From NCBI RefSeq assembly GCF_009834535.1, contig NC_045696.1, positions 1,116,001 through 1,180,000 on the forward strand: a stretch of DNA of 64,000 nucleotides, given 5' to 3'. This stretch comes from Camelus ferus (lineage: Eukaryota). The position numbers and the translations under genes are program-made. Numbering within the stretch: position 1 is the stretch's first letter; each line of letters opens with the position of its first letter. Below are positions 12,374 to 24,559 of the stretch, one piece after another. The notes under the pieces were generated by a model that was given only the letters and a program-made list of their open reading frames with translations, did not search any database and was not told the origin of the DNA.

Positions 12374-12609
12374 CTAATCTTCTATGTCCCCCTCTCCCAC
12401 CAAGTCATAGCTAGATGTGGGAGAGCAAGACCCGTGTGAAGCCACCTGGCTTAGAAGCCCCATGTCCCAAATATAATTCAAGAGAATTGGCACAACTTCT
12501 GTTAAGAAGTACATGCAGTTATGTATCAGGCATTGAGAGGAGCTCAAATCAATGCCAAGATAGTGCACGTGTGCATGCACACACACACTGAAGACTCGTC
12601 TCCCTCATC

Positions 12610-13450
12610 AAAATAGAACCCTGCCAAGTGGAGTCATCTGTGCACTCACTGAACGTTAACCTATTTCAGGAATTTAAGATGGGTCAACATCAGCACACCT
12701 ATTACTGCAAATCTCCACTTTAGCAGGTCAAAGGGCAAAAGCCATGTGACCATGTGAATCAATCTCAAGCTATTTAATGGCATTCCATAACTCTTGGTAA
12801 AACCTCTTGTGATGTGGTGCAAAACAGACCTCCTTGTTAAATGCTACCTGTCAGACATCCGAAATTCATTGTAAAATATTGCACATTCCTTTAAAAATCG
12901 TTTTAAAATGGTAATCACTTGATAAGAATAAACATCTGACTATCCTTGAGATCCTAGACAATGTGATAAGGCAAGGAAAGAAATTAATAAGTATTGGAAT
13001 TGAGTATTTGCAGATGACAGCATTGTTCATTCAGTAATTCCAAGAGAAAACAGTCGCAACACTGCAGAGATGTTAGAATAAATAAAAATTGAGAATGGGA
13101 TGGGAGAGGGTGTAGCTCAAGTGGTAGAGTGTATGCTTAGCATCCACAAGGTCTTGGGTTCAATTCCCAGGACCTCCTCCAAAAAAATAAATAAATAAGT
13201 AAACCTAGTTACCTCCCCCACAAAAACTTAAAAATAAGTTAATTAAAAAAATTTTTTAATTGGGAATGGGGGCTTGAGATGAGGTCAGCTTAAAAACACA
13301 CAAATAGTTTTCTCATAAGTCAACAATAATCAATTTTAATATGATGGAAGAAATGCCTTCACAACAGTGACAAAACCGTAAGATGCCTAGTGTGAGTGAA
13401 TTACTAAGACATGCGTACAACTGGATAGAATGATTGCGATCTATTGAGGG
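12610..13450 (+). mobile_element. Very old L1 ORF2 fragments
   Basis: A-rich degenerate RT-like stretches, e.g. tatttgcagatgacagcattg (FADD region) at ~13006. Confidence 0.55.
13100..13257 (+). mobile_element. tRNA-Ala-derived SINE (camelid Vic-1 type)
   Basis: A box TAGCTCAAGTGG, B box GGTTCAATTCC, tail aaataaataagtaaacctagttacctccc. 13-bp TSD AATTG(A/G)GAATGGG (13087-13099 / 13258-13270). Confidence 0.9.
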
Positions 13451-13529
13451 TTTGAAAGGGGTTTCAGTGAACGTGAGGGCCCTCCCTGCCCTTGGAATAG
13501 TAATGCCTGATGGTCAGGAGCAGACTCCG

Positions 13530-13701
13530 ACTTAGGAAGAGGGATTGAGCGCCCAGTAGCCACACAAGCTGCTCAGCTCACATCCTGTCATCACCTGCCA
13601 TCTTTCCCTGCACCCCTCCTGACCCTGGATCACAGTTCCCATAAAGTACTTGGACTCAGCCCCCATCTCATGCTCTCTTTTCACGGGAACCAGCTAGGAC
13701 A
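13530..13701 (+). mobile_element. ERVL LTR fragment (LTR16/33-like 3' end)
   Basis: Ends ...cccataaag...ctcatgctctcttttcacgggaaccagctaggaca, resembling ERVL LTR 3' termini. Confidence 0.45.
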
Positions 13702-13784
13702 TCCAACAAATTCAGGGCTAAGGGACTCACACCCAGGGCCAGAAGAATGGAGAGGGGAGAGCTCGCCACTAAGTCAGTCAAAGT

Positions 13785-14075
13785 ATTGTGCTGAGTGAAA
13801 GAAGCCAGACAGAAGTTACGTACCAGGACTCCCTTAATGGAAGATCCTAGGAGGTGCCACAGAGTGGACCAGTCATTGCCTGGGCTGGGGTGGGGGTGGG
13901 GTGCCAGGAAGGATGGATGACAAAGGGGCCCAGGCCACTTCTGCGAATCACATGGTGATTTATTTGTTCACCATGCGGATGGTGGTGATGGATTTCCAGG
14001 TGTACACACACGTCACCTGCATCAAACTGTACACTTTATCTGCAGTTTACTGCATGTCAATTTCATGTCACTACA
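13785..14075 (+). mobile_element. Old L1 (L1ME-like) 3' end fragment
   Basis: tgctgagtgaaagaagccagaca...catcaaactgtacacttt...gtttactgcatgtcaattt. Confidence 0.7.
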
Positions 14076-15508
14076 GCTGGTACAACGCTTTGCTAGAGAC
14101 GGTTCAGGTGTCTGCTGCCTCAGTCTGCACCCCGCTGGGAGCACGCGGCACACGGCAGCTAGCAGGCATTTAATCATGCACCCCCTGTGTCACTGGTGGT
14201 GGCGGCGGCGGTGGTGGTCAAAATTAGTAAATTTTATTTAAGATTCAAAAAGTAAAATAACAGGGAAAAGGCAACTTTAGCTTTGCTCCTACAGAGGATC
14301 AGATGTAAAGACCCCAAGCAGGAATTACCCCAAGAACTTCAAATGCCACCTGGGGTCTGGGGCCCCGGGGTGGGGTAGGAAGGAGACCACCACAGTATGG
14401 AGAGCTGGGCTGGGGGTGACACCTGGGACATTTGGTGCTGGCACGGGGCTTCTGAAACCCGTGGAATTCCCTGCATGGTGGGGTGAGAGGAGCATCTTTT
14501 GTCCTTCCTAACAAGCCCTTTCATCCACACCTGGGCTTGTGCTGGTGAGGTGACACTGGGAGGGAGGACAGGGCTGGTCACCAGAGGGAGGAGCCACCGG
14601 ATTAGAGCTCAGACCCTCCTTTCAGCCCCAGCCTCACCCCGGGGAGGGGAGGGGCCTGGACGTTATTTATTAATCAGCAATGGCCCATAATTTAATCAAC
14701 CGTGCCTGCCCCGCCGTGGGGTTCCTTCCCGGGCTCCAGGTCCCACTGGCTGGGGCAGCACCCTGGTTCCGGGGCGTCGTGGCGGGAGCAGCCGAGGGTG
14801 TGCGGGTGGGTCCAGCAGCCCCTGAGCCGGACACGTTGGTGGGGTCTCCCGGTCACGCCTGCAGGCCTTCTGCAGCCAGTGCAGTGGGAGCCACCAGCCG
14901 GTACTGTCAGACGCCCCTCCACAGGGTGCTCTCCTCGTGTGGCCGCTCCTGTGAGCACCTCCATGGCTTCCCCAAAGAAACGTCTCACTGGGCCCAGTGT
15001 CCTGGAGGGTGCCTCTGTGTCTGGTGACGACTGTCGAGTGGCCAGGATGGGACCTGGTATCACACAGGAGCGCCAAGTGCCGATCACTGATGCGGGCGCC
15101 ATCTGCGGGCTGGGGGCGGCTCCCACTGCGGGGCCCCTCCTGCGGCCCCTGGAGAAGCCGCGACCCTGGCCGCTGCCTTCCTCGCTCCTCACACCCTGGG
15201 AAGCAGAGCTCTCGTCTCCGTCCCAGGGCTTCTGGCCTTCCAGAACGATCCTGAACCACGCTGGGACACCAATGACAGGGCCATGGCTGGGGGCAGGGGA
15301 GGTGGCCCCTCAAGTGGCCCCGGGAGAGCCCAGGCCCTGCCCCTCAGCCCTTCCCCTGTTTTCTCCGGAGCACATGCCTGTGGCCCCTCCCGTGACATGA
15401 CCTCTGAAGACCCAAGCCTGTCTCAGGCTCTCCTGACCCCGGGCCCAGCCATAAAGACCAGTCAGCTCAGGTGAGACACGTCCATCTAGGTGTGTCACAG
15501 CCATCGGG

Positions 15509-15943
15509 CATGTGAGTGTCCTGTGGCTGCCGTGACAAAGTACTGCAGGCCGGGGGGCTTAAACCGCAGAAATCTAGTGTCTCAGTTCTGGAGGTTGGGC
15601 ATCTGAGGCCAGGGTGTCGGCAGGGCCGCTTCCTTCTGAGGCCGTGAGGGAGAATCCTTGCCGGTCTCTCTCTGGGCTTCTGATGGTTGCCAGCGATCTT
15701 GGTGTCCGCTGGCTTGTGGGGACATCACTCCAATGCCTGCCTCTGTCTCACGCGGTGTCTTCTCCCTGTGTGTCTCCTTCTCTCTTCTTATAAGGGCACC
15801 AGTCATGAATTTAGGTCCCCCCTACTCCAGTGTGACCTCACCTTAACTATTTATATCTGCAAAGACTCTGTATCCAAATAAGGTCACATACCGAGGTTCT
15901 GGAAGGACATGAATTTCGTGGGGACATCATTCAACTCAGCACA
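15509..15943 (-). mobile_element. MaLR LTR (MLT1-like)
   Basis: ggctgccgtgacaaagtac...cagaaat...ttctggagg...cttataagggcaccagtcat...ccaaataaggtcaca...attcaactcagcaca. Confidence 0.85.
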
Positions 15944-16329
15944 CCAAGCGCTGGAGTGGCAAAGAGACAGTGGGGCAAATAAAAACCCTTTTTCCTAGAA
16001 GGCCACTTCAAAAATATGAGAAATGAAATCTTTGATTTGTGTCCACATGTGAAAAAATTAAAAGCTCATTGCAGCAAATAGGTGGACTTGGAACGGGCCT
16101 TGCGCTTGTAGGAATGCCTTTTTAACATCCTGCTCCTCGGATGTAGCAGACACCGTGGTGCCCTGTGCCCCCCAGACAGTGAACAGAGGCCAGGGCAGTT
16201 CAATGCCAGCACCTGCATCTCTTGGCCAGAGGGTTCCTCTGGACATGCTGAGGAATTAATACGCCCTCACACCCACCCCACAAGCAGCTTTTCAATCTTT
16301 TGAATACATTTATTTATTCAAACTGTTAA

Positions 16330-17430
16330 ATAAATACATCAGATCCTTTCCCCCTGGAAATTCATCAAAGAAGACATTCATGAGTGGAGAGAAATACCAT
16401 GTTCATGAATGGGAAGACCAAAATCTTCATAAAGATGTCCAGCGTCTCTAAACTGATGTCCAGACTCAGTGCAATTCAAACCACAGTTTTTTGGAACTTC
16501 ACAAATTGAATCAAGATTTGTATGAAAGAACAAATGTCTAAGCATTGTTAAGATATTCTAGAAGAACCAGGTGAGGAATTTGCTTTGCTAGGTATCAAGA
16601 TATATTAAAATATACAATAATTAAGACAGCGTTGTATCAGCAGAGGGTTAGACAAAGAGATTAACCAAACAAGAGTAGAAAGCTCCAACGTACACCCTCA
16701 CAGATATGGAAACAGACAATTACAGCCCAGCAGGAAAGGATGGGCCTTACAAATGGTGCAGGAATGTTAGTTAAGAAGGAATTGAATCCTTCTCTCAGAC
16801 CGTGATTCAAAAATGGTAATAAATTTCAAATACATTAAAGGAATGTAAGTGTAAAAGGAAAAAAATTTTGAACTGACTATGTAGACTATTTTGTGATCAC
16901 AAGTGGAGGAAGAATTTCTTAAACAAAATGTGAAACATTCATCCATAAATGACAAGACTGATGCATGCAACTATCCTCAAGAAAAAAATTGTTCATAAAA
17001 AGACACAAAAATAAAAGTGAAAAGACAAGCTTAAAACAGAAAAGACATTTGCTACAAAGGATTAGTATCCTGAATACATGAAGAACATCTACAAATTATA
17101 AAAAGAAAAAATCAAACGACACAAAAGAAAGATGGGCTTAACAAATGTCACAGAAAAGATGGAGGAACAGCCCATAAAGAAATGAAAAATTACTCTTGCT
17201 TGTTAGTAAATAATGCCAATTAAAACCTACAATGAGATTCCACTGTGTCCTCACCACATGTTGGTAAGAATGGCAAGCTATTTTCTGCACTGCTGATGGG
17301 TACATGGAGTTGTACTGCTTTGGAAAGCTGTCTGACATTTCCCAGTAGAATGAAAGATGTACATGCGACATCATTACTACAATGCCATTCTTAGACAAGC
17401 ACCCTGGAGCCGTGGCTTGCAAACTGCGTA
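16330..17430 (+). mobile_element. Old L1 ORF2 3' portion
   Basis: ataccatgttcatgaatgggaagac (IPCSWIGR-like), aaggattagtatcctgaatacatgaagaac, aattaaaacctacaatgagattccac. Confidence 0.8.
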
Positions 17431-17469
17431 TCCATTGGTGAGTGATGAAGTTGATTTTATGAGATGCAG

Positions 17470-17841
17470 TGATGGTAATGATGATGATACGATGGTGGTG
17501 ATGGTGGTGGTGATGATGGTGGTGATGGTGGTGTTGATGATGATGGTGATGATGTTGATGGTGATGGTGATGATGGTGTTGATGGTGATGACGATGGTGG
17601 TGATGGTGGTGATGACAGTGGTGATGACAATGGTGGTGATGGTGATGATGGTGGTGATGGTGTTGATGGTGATGACGATGGTGGTGATGGTGGTGATGGT
17701 GGTGATGACAGTGGTGATGACAATGGTGCTGATGGTGATGATGGTGGTGATGGTGGTGATGATGGTGGTGATGGTGATGATGGTGGTGATTATGATGGTG
17801 ATGATGATGGCGATGATGGTGATGATGATGATAGTAAAAAC

Positions 17842-17872
<31 letters not shown>
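17470..17872. repeat. (GAT/GGT)n compound trinucleotide repeat followed by (AAT)n
   Basis: Directly visible. It generates the spurious poly-His, poly-Met/Val and poly-Ile/Thr ORFs. Confidence 0.97.
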
Positions 17873-17873
<1 letters not shown>

Positions 17874-20800
17874 GAGTAGAAAACACCAGCAGGTATCATA
17901 CACCCTGAGGGTAAGTATTGCTTCATAAGCACTGGTTTCAGTTGTGTATTTGCCTTGGGTCATAATGAAAATACTGTGGTCAGAAAGTTCGGAAAACACT
18001 CTAGAGAAACAACTGCACCTCTCTGACACACGTCAGAGAGAAGACTGGAACCCGCCCAACGCCCCTCAGGCAGGGACACTGCACAGACGTGCACGTGAAC
18101 TCAGACGAGGGCCGCTCACGCTCAGATCCATCCCCACCCTCCCCTCCACTCTGTGCTCTGAAACCACACTTCCTGGCTCCCTTGTCGACTGGTGTCCCTG
18201 AGTTTCAGCCCAGGGGAGGTGCTGGCTGAGACTGGAGGCGAGAGGAGGGAGCAGCCGGGGTTTGCCCCATGTTCCGCTCAGGGAGCCGTCAGTCAGCGGT
18301 CACAGCCACCGCCCCGCCCCCCCGTGGTCCCGACCCCCCCCAGCACGTCTCCCCCTGCCCTTGCTGGCCTCCGCGGCCTCCCTCCGCCCACTTGTGACTT
18401 CAGCCCCGCCCAGCTTCCCGTTACACCCCCTTGATAACCATGTGGACACGGTTAGTAAGCGACATACAGGACACGTCTCTATGAGGCTCAAAAAGTGAAA
18501 CCAAACGACTTCCGTGAACTTGGGGTAAAACTATGGTGAACAGTGATGGGGAGAGTCCCGTGGTGGGTGAGACTGTCCCTCTTCTTAAGCTGGGCGGGCA
18601 GCAGACACCTCTGGGGTCCCTCCCAAGTCCCGGGCCCTGCCAACTCAGGGCAGCTCGCCCGCCTGAGGGCTTTCTCAGATGCTCCCAGCGGCAGAGCTGC
18701 CGGCTCCCTCCCCGTGTTGGGGATGGGGCCCCTGGGCCCCGTGGTTCACAGGCATCTCCAGGGCCCAGGATGGCCGCTGGCCTGGTCACCAGCCCTTGGA
18801 TGGCAGACTCCCTCCCGTCGCCTGTGTCTCCAGGGGCTGCCTCCTCACCCGACACCCTGGTCCCCAAGTCTGCTGGAGCACCCCGAAGAGACTGGGCTGT
18901 ATTTGGTGCAATTTTTATCTTATTACTCTTTGAACTCCACGTCGCCATCATAAACACACTTCTGGGTGTGTGTCTTTTACAATAAGAAAAGTAAATTTAA
19001 AAAACGTAAGAGCAGAGTTCTAAGGGGGTAACTTTCATACTAGAACGTGGGCTCCCCAGGGACGTTCTCAGTTGAGGAGGGACATCCAGGTGAGTTTCCC
19101 CTCCTGTGGCCTTGGGAGCCCTGATGGGGACACGTGAGCCTCCGACCCTGGAATCAATGGAGGGAGCATGGGGGCGGGCCACAGGGCGAGAAACCAGGGG
19201 CTGCAAGATCCAGGCCTGAGCCCAGGAGGGCAGATGGCCCAGATGCCCCCCCAGCCCCCGCCTTCCTCCCCCTTCCCAGCCCATTGTCCCCCTTCCTCTG
19301 AGCTCACACCCGCTCTCCCATCTGCCTCCCCCTTTCCTGTTTTCCGTTGGGCCCGCCTCTCCTCTCCTCTCTGCCTTGCCTCCCTCGGGGGCTTCTGGGA
19401 TGAAGGAGGAGGAAAGGGCAGTGCAGGGCCGGGTGGGTGGAGGGGGTGCCAACGGCCAGTGGTGCCCTCTGCCCAGGATGCCCAGCACAGCCCTTCCTTC
19501 CGCCGACTTTGCTTCGGACCCTCTGGGGCTCTGCCTGCGTGGTTCTGGGAGAGGCCTGCGCCGCCCCAGCTTCAGGGCCCTCGTCTGTGCCACTGACAAG
19601 TCAGTGCAAAGACCCCTGAGAGACGCCTTCAGCTCATCTTGATTTTATTTATGGCAAAAGGAAAAGGAAACCAGCCCGGGAAACCAGCCAGCCCTGAGTC
19701 ACAGGCTGCGAGCTACAAAAGCGCGGCGACAGGGAGCTGCCTGGGCCCCGGGCGGCCGCCTGCCTGGCTGCGTTTGGAAGGTGTGAGCTCATCTGAGTCC
19801 TCCTTCCTGGAGCTGGTGTCAGAGGCGGCTGGACCCCTGAAGTCCCCTGGAGCAGGAAGCACCAGGGAAGGTGGAGGTCCCTGGGGTGCCTGATGGGGGC
19901 AGGCGGGGGAGGACACCCCCTGACCACCTGGGCAGTCCTGGAGGTGGAGGGAAAGCTCCCCTCGGCACCGGCGGGGGCCCCGGGATCCCCAAATACAGGG
20001 TGGACACCTTCTGTGCCGGGTCTGGGGACTCAACCCTCCCACTGCCCCAGCACCTGCAGCAGCACCAGCGGTCAGCTCCCACCCCCAGCCCCGTGGGCAC
20101 AGCGGGCATGGCAGCGGTGCCGGCCCGAGCTCTGCGGAGGGTGGAGGGGCCGCGCCCAGCAGTCGAACGGGCGTGAGTGTGCACGCGTGTGCACACGTGT
20201 GCTGCGTGAGTGTTTTCTGGTTTTAAGGCGTGAGGTCCTCCTTCCTACACCCAGAAACCCAACAGCCTTTCCTGGGGCCGCGTGGCCTGGTTTCTCTTTC
20301 GCTCTTTCCTTCCTTCCTTCTGTGTTTTGAGGACACCTCGTCGATAAACACTGAGTCACACAAACGTGCAGATTCCCTGACCAGCAATGTCGTTCCCGGG
20401 CTGACCCACACAGAAGTCGCTCCGGTGACTCCCGAGACACGTACAGGACAGGCTCAGAAAGACCCCTCAGCACTTAGGATGAAATTTAAGTGACTGACTA
20501 CTGGAAGTCACCTGGCGAGCAAAGGCGCGGGGACAGAGGGGACCTGGCGCCGTGGTGGAGGTGACTGCGGTCGGGCCTGCGTCCTGGGGGGGCCGCGTCT
20601 GACGTGCTAAGTGAAAAAAGAACAGAAAAGTGAGTGCGTGGCACGGCTGACACTATAGGCACGTGTGGACGCAGGAAAACGAGGGGAGGGGGGCAAAGAA
20701 AACCCCGCAAGGCTGCCTGCGTGCCGCGGGCGGGACCCCGCCGCCTCCTGCCCCAGTCCCCTCGTGCCTGTGCTCCGTCCCCGCCCTCGGTCAGGAGAGC

Positions 20801-23800
20801 GGGCCTTCACTGTGAGAACTGCAGACACTTGCCAATCCTCGCAGCTCACAGCACCGTGGTTGGGAGTAAAGCGACGGTGACACTTCGATCTCCGGGAACG
20901 GAGAGCCGTGAGAGCCGTTACCTGACTCGTGTACAGGTCAGCAGTGACGGGTGTCACGACAAAGTCCTGATCAGCTGGGGCGACCGCGGGGCTCCCTGTC
21001 TGATCTGGGACACTGGGGAGAGTGCAGCGCTCACGGTTAAAACCTGCATCAGAAAAATCTGCATGACCTGTCCCTGGAGACCCGGACACTGGGGACACAC
21101 CAGGGGGCAGCGTCGCACCTGGTGGAGGGTCCGAGAGGTCACGTTTGACCTGGACTTGCAGGACACACAGGTGGACGCCAGGTGGACCAAGAGACAGGGG
21201 GAGAGAGGAGGCTTCGGGTAAGAGGCAGCAGGTGGGGAGCTGCTTGTGAACCAGACAGCAGGCAGGCTGCCCCCGAGCACTTCTGGGTTCTGGATATTGG
21301 ACGTCGACAACCATTGTCACTTCGAGGCCTCTGGGAGAAAGAAGGGAACGGGGATCTCAAAAAGGGGGCTTGGGAGGCACTTGGGTGCCACCTAGACTGG
21401 CCTTGCTTTGGCACCAGCCTTCGTCGTGCTTCCTGAGAAACGGGGTCGCCAGCCTCACCCGCTCCCTTCCGGAGGAACACGGCTGATGCCGCCAGGCCCC
21501 ACCGCCCTGTGCTGCTTTATTGCTAGAAAGTTCCTTCTCCCATGAATTTTAAATCTGCCACCCTCTCGCTTCTACCCTGTGTAACACGCGGTGTGACTGC
21601 GTCGAGGACTGAGAGGAGGAAGGAAAGGTGCCCAGGCGCTATGATTATTTACGTTAAGACCCGAGAAAGTCTACAGACATCTTATAAATAACAGGAGAGC
21701 TTATGACGTCACTGCATGGAAGGGCAACGCACGGACGTCAGCAGGAGCCTGGCCCTGGGAGGCGCCAGTGAGAGTCGAGCCTGGGAGCAGGCTGGGGCGG
21801 CAGAGCTCCGGGTGGGATGGCCGGGAGCCCCGCTCAACGCGCCCTGAAGCCCGGGGAGGGGTGGGCAGGGGCGGCTTCCCCACTGTCCGCTTACTTGGCC
21901 GTCCCCCCACCCCCCACTGCCCGAGGCCTCTTCCGCCCCGGACAGCCCTGCCTGGGAAGGACACGGAATTCCTCAGAGCTGGAGAATGCTGTGACCTTTG
22001 GGGACAGGACAAGGTTCCTAGGGCCTGGATTCCCGCCTCCAGCTCCAGATTGGGATTCCCAAGACAGGGGTCCCCAGGGGAAGCTCCTTTTAAGGGCAGA
22101 GCTGCCTGGGGGCCAGTGGGGCCATTCTTGGGGATGGGGTTGGCGCTGATGGGGACAAGGCCGGCCCTGCAGATCCAGGAGCCGGAGGCTGGGAGACTGC
22201 ACAAGGCCTGCTGTCCCCCTTCCCCAGGGGCCAGGGACAGTGTCCAGAAGCCCGGGGGAGGGTGGAAGTGGGCAGCAGCTGTCACCAGCCTCCTGCACTG
22301 CCCACGGCCAACCCTTGTCCCCACCCTCAGAGGCCCGAGGTTTTCAGGGAACATTCTGGATTCCCAGAGCCATGACTTGACTTGCAAACACTTCCTTCCG
22401 GCCCAGAGTGGGGGTCACGTTGCATCTTCTATTCCTCTGCTTGCTCAGCCGCGTTTGGCGGGCACAGCAGAGCTCTGCTCCGGCAGCTTCTCGCACAGAC
22501 AGGGAGGGGCGGGCGGCAGCCAGCCCACACCCCCCAGGGGTGTTCGTGCCCCCGGGAGAACTCGCCCGCAGGCACACTCACCCACAGTCCGTGCACACTC
22601 GCGCCCTTACGCACGGCAGCCCCGGTTCTCTGTGGGCCCGGCCTCTGGCTTCCAGGCACCTTGGAGTGAACGGTGAACTAGAACGGGAAGTGGTGAAATC
22701 CGATGGATCGGGAGGTTGCAGAAATGGCTTGGTGTTTGCGGGTGGAGTTCTAGAAAGTTCTAGAAAGATTCAAACTTCAAACTGACTCAACCTTGGCTCC
22801 ACGGGGAACACAGGGCAAAGCCCCATCGCACTTTTCTGTTTAAAATGTTTCTGTTTAAAGCCTCCTTATTTAACGTATTGTTGATGTGGTAACATGACCT
22901 ACCCTGAAAGAGGCCTGTCGGGCGTGCGACTTCTCCGCCGGGTGTATCCCTGTCCTGGGGCCCAGACGCCGGCAGCGTCTCAGCACCGGGCCTGCGGCCC
23001 CTTTTTAAAATGAAACCGCCGGCAGACGTGCAGACCCCGGGCATGACCCAGCCTGAGAAGGATGCGACCCGCGGAGCTGGAACAGGCGGAGCCGGCCCCT
23101 CAGCCTCCGCTGGGGACGAGGCCCCGGGGGCTGGCGCTGTCCCGGCCCCGTGCGGTGACCCTGCCCAGTGACCGCGGGGACACACAGCACTGGTCTGCGG
23201 CTGTGCTCAGCTGCAGGGCGGAGGCGAACTGGCAAAGGCAGAACCTGCGCATCAGGGAACTGAGAGCGCTTTCCTTGAGGGAAGACTCAGAGGTGAGAAG
23301 GAACGCGAGGACAGCCTCAGGGAAGGCGCGCTTCTCCCGCTTGCGGGCGGCAGCCCTGGCGGTGGGTGTGGGCTCCGCCTCAGGGTCCAGGGCTGCGGGG
23401 GCCCAGTCCTGACGGGTCCCGGCGCGGCTGCTCCGACTATGCGGAGGCTGCCGTCAGGTTCTCCAGGAAACGGGCTTGGGGCTCCACCCGCCCACAGGAT
23501 CGGGGGCCGGGGCACGGCCGTGGGGGGCAGGCAGGGACCTGGGCCTGGGCCGGACACGCTTCTTGTGCAAGTCACGAAGCGAGTTTCCACCCGTGTGCAA
23601 ACTCGTGTGGTGCGGGGTTCGAGCACCCTCAGCCCACCGCGCGCTGCGTGCCCCTGGAGGGGAGGGTGCTGCCGAGGACAGATCTGTCCCCAGTGAGTCA
23701 TCTGTGCGTCCCCTGAGAGAGCTCATTTAAAAATAGTCGGGACTTTCTCAAGGTCACAGTGACTCTCGAGGTCTATTTTAGGGCAAAGTCAGATCTGAGA

Positions 23801-24559
23801 TGCAAGCGCATATGGGACGTCTGCGGAGAAGGCCCGCGACCCTTCCCAGCGCTGCGCCCGGGTCGAGCTTTCTGCCTTCAACGTCCTTCAGAACCACACC
23901 TTTTATCTGCAGAACACTTCGGAGCTGCCACGTGGAAAGGGGATTGAAAGCATGACGGTTCAAGGTCTTCCTGCAGAAGGGCAGCCCAGGTGGGTCCCCC
24001 ACCTGGCCTTGCACACCTGACAGAGCCCCAGCCTGGAGCTGGGGGGCGAGGGCAGCTCGGGTGGCCGCCCCAGGCCGCCCCCGACTGCACGCCTGCCTGC
24101 AAGCCCTGACTTGTGGCCGGAAATCCCTTCTGAAAGGATGTGCCTGACCCCGCGGAGCCCGTTCCCAGGGACAACCTTGCTGCTGCGCGCGTGGGGGGCT
24201 GCACCGGCCTGGATTCCTCGCATAGCTCTGCTGGGAGCCCGGAGCAGGGGCGGGGCTTGGCACTCGTCTTCCCCACGGCCAAGGGCTTCCTGGGAGAACA
24301 CTTCTGTGCATTTTAAACTTGCTCCTGCGCCCCGGGCCTCGGGCCCCCCACCCCCACCGCACAGTCGGCCTTCGTGGGCCCCAGCGACTGAGATGCAGAA
24401 ATAGATACATTCTGGGGGAACCAGCCTCTGTGTAGGAAGTCGTCCCTCCACTTTTGTTTCCACTCTTTTGCAACAAAGTCGTCCCTTTCTGTGGAAAGAG
24501 AAACACAGCTCGCGCAGCGTCGGTCTGCACCTGAGCCAGCAGGCCTGGCGGGCAGGAGG

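Noticed and set aside
13100..13180. tRNA-Ala-like genes here and at 40740-40814, 47151-47230, 56870-56937 and 57474-57550
   Set aside because: They share a non-tRNA AT-rich tail, several have clear TSDs, and their stems are degenerate. They are SINEs, not functional tRNAs.
14215..14460. Possible minus-strand transcript 3' end (AATAAA at 14238-14233)
   Set aside because: A single hexamer with no poly(A) tail, TSD or upstream exon that I can support.
17138..17932. 264-aa poly-His ORF and the overlapping poly-Met/Val and poly-Ile/Thr ORFs
   Set aside because: These are translations of a trinucleotide repeat flanked by L1-derived sequence, with no gene structure.
23210..23300. Exon-like stretch RAEANWQRQNLRIRELRALSLREDSE followed by GTGAGA
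   Set aside because: Weak acceptor, no recognisable homology and no partner exons.
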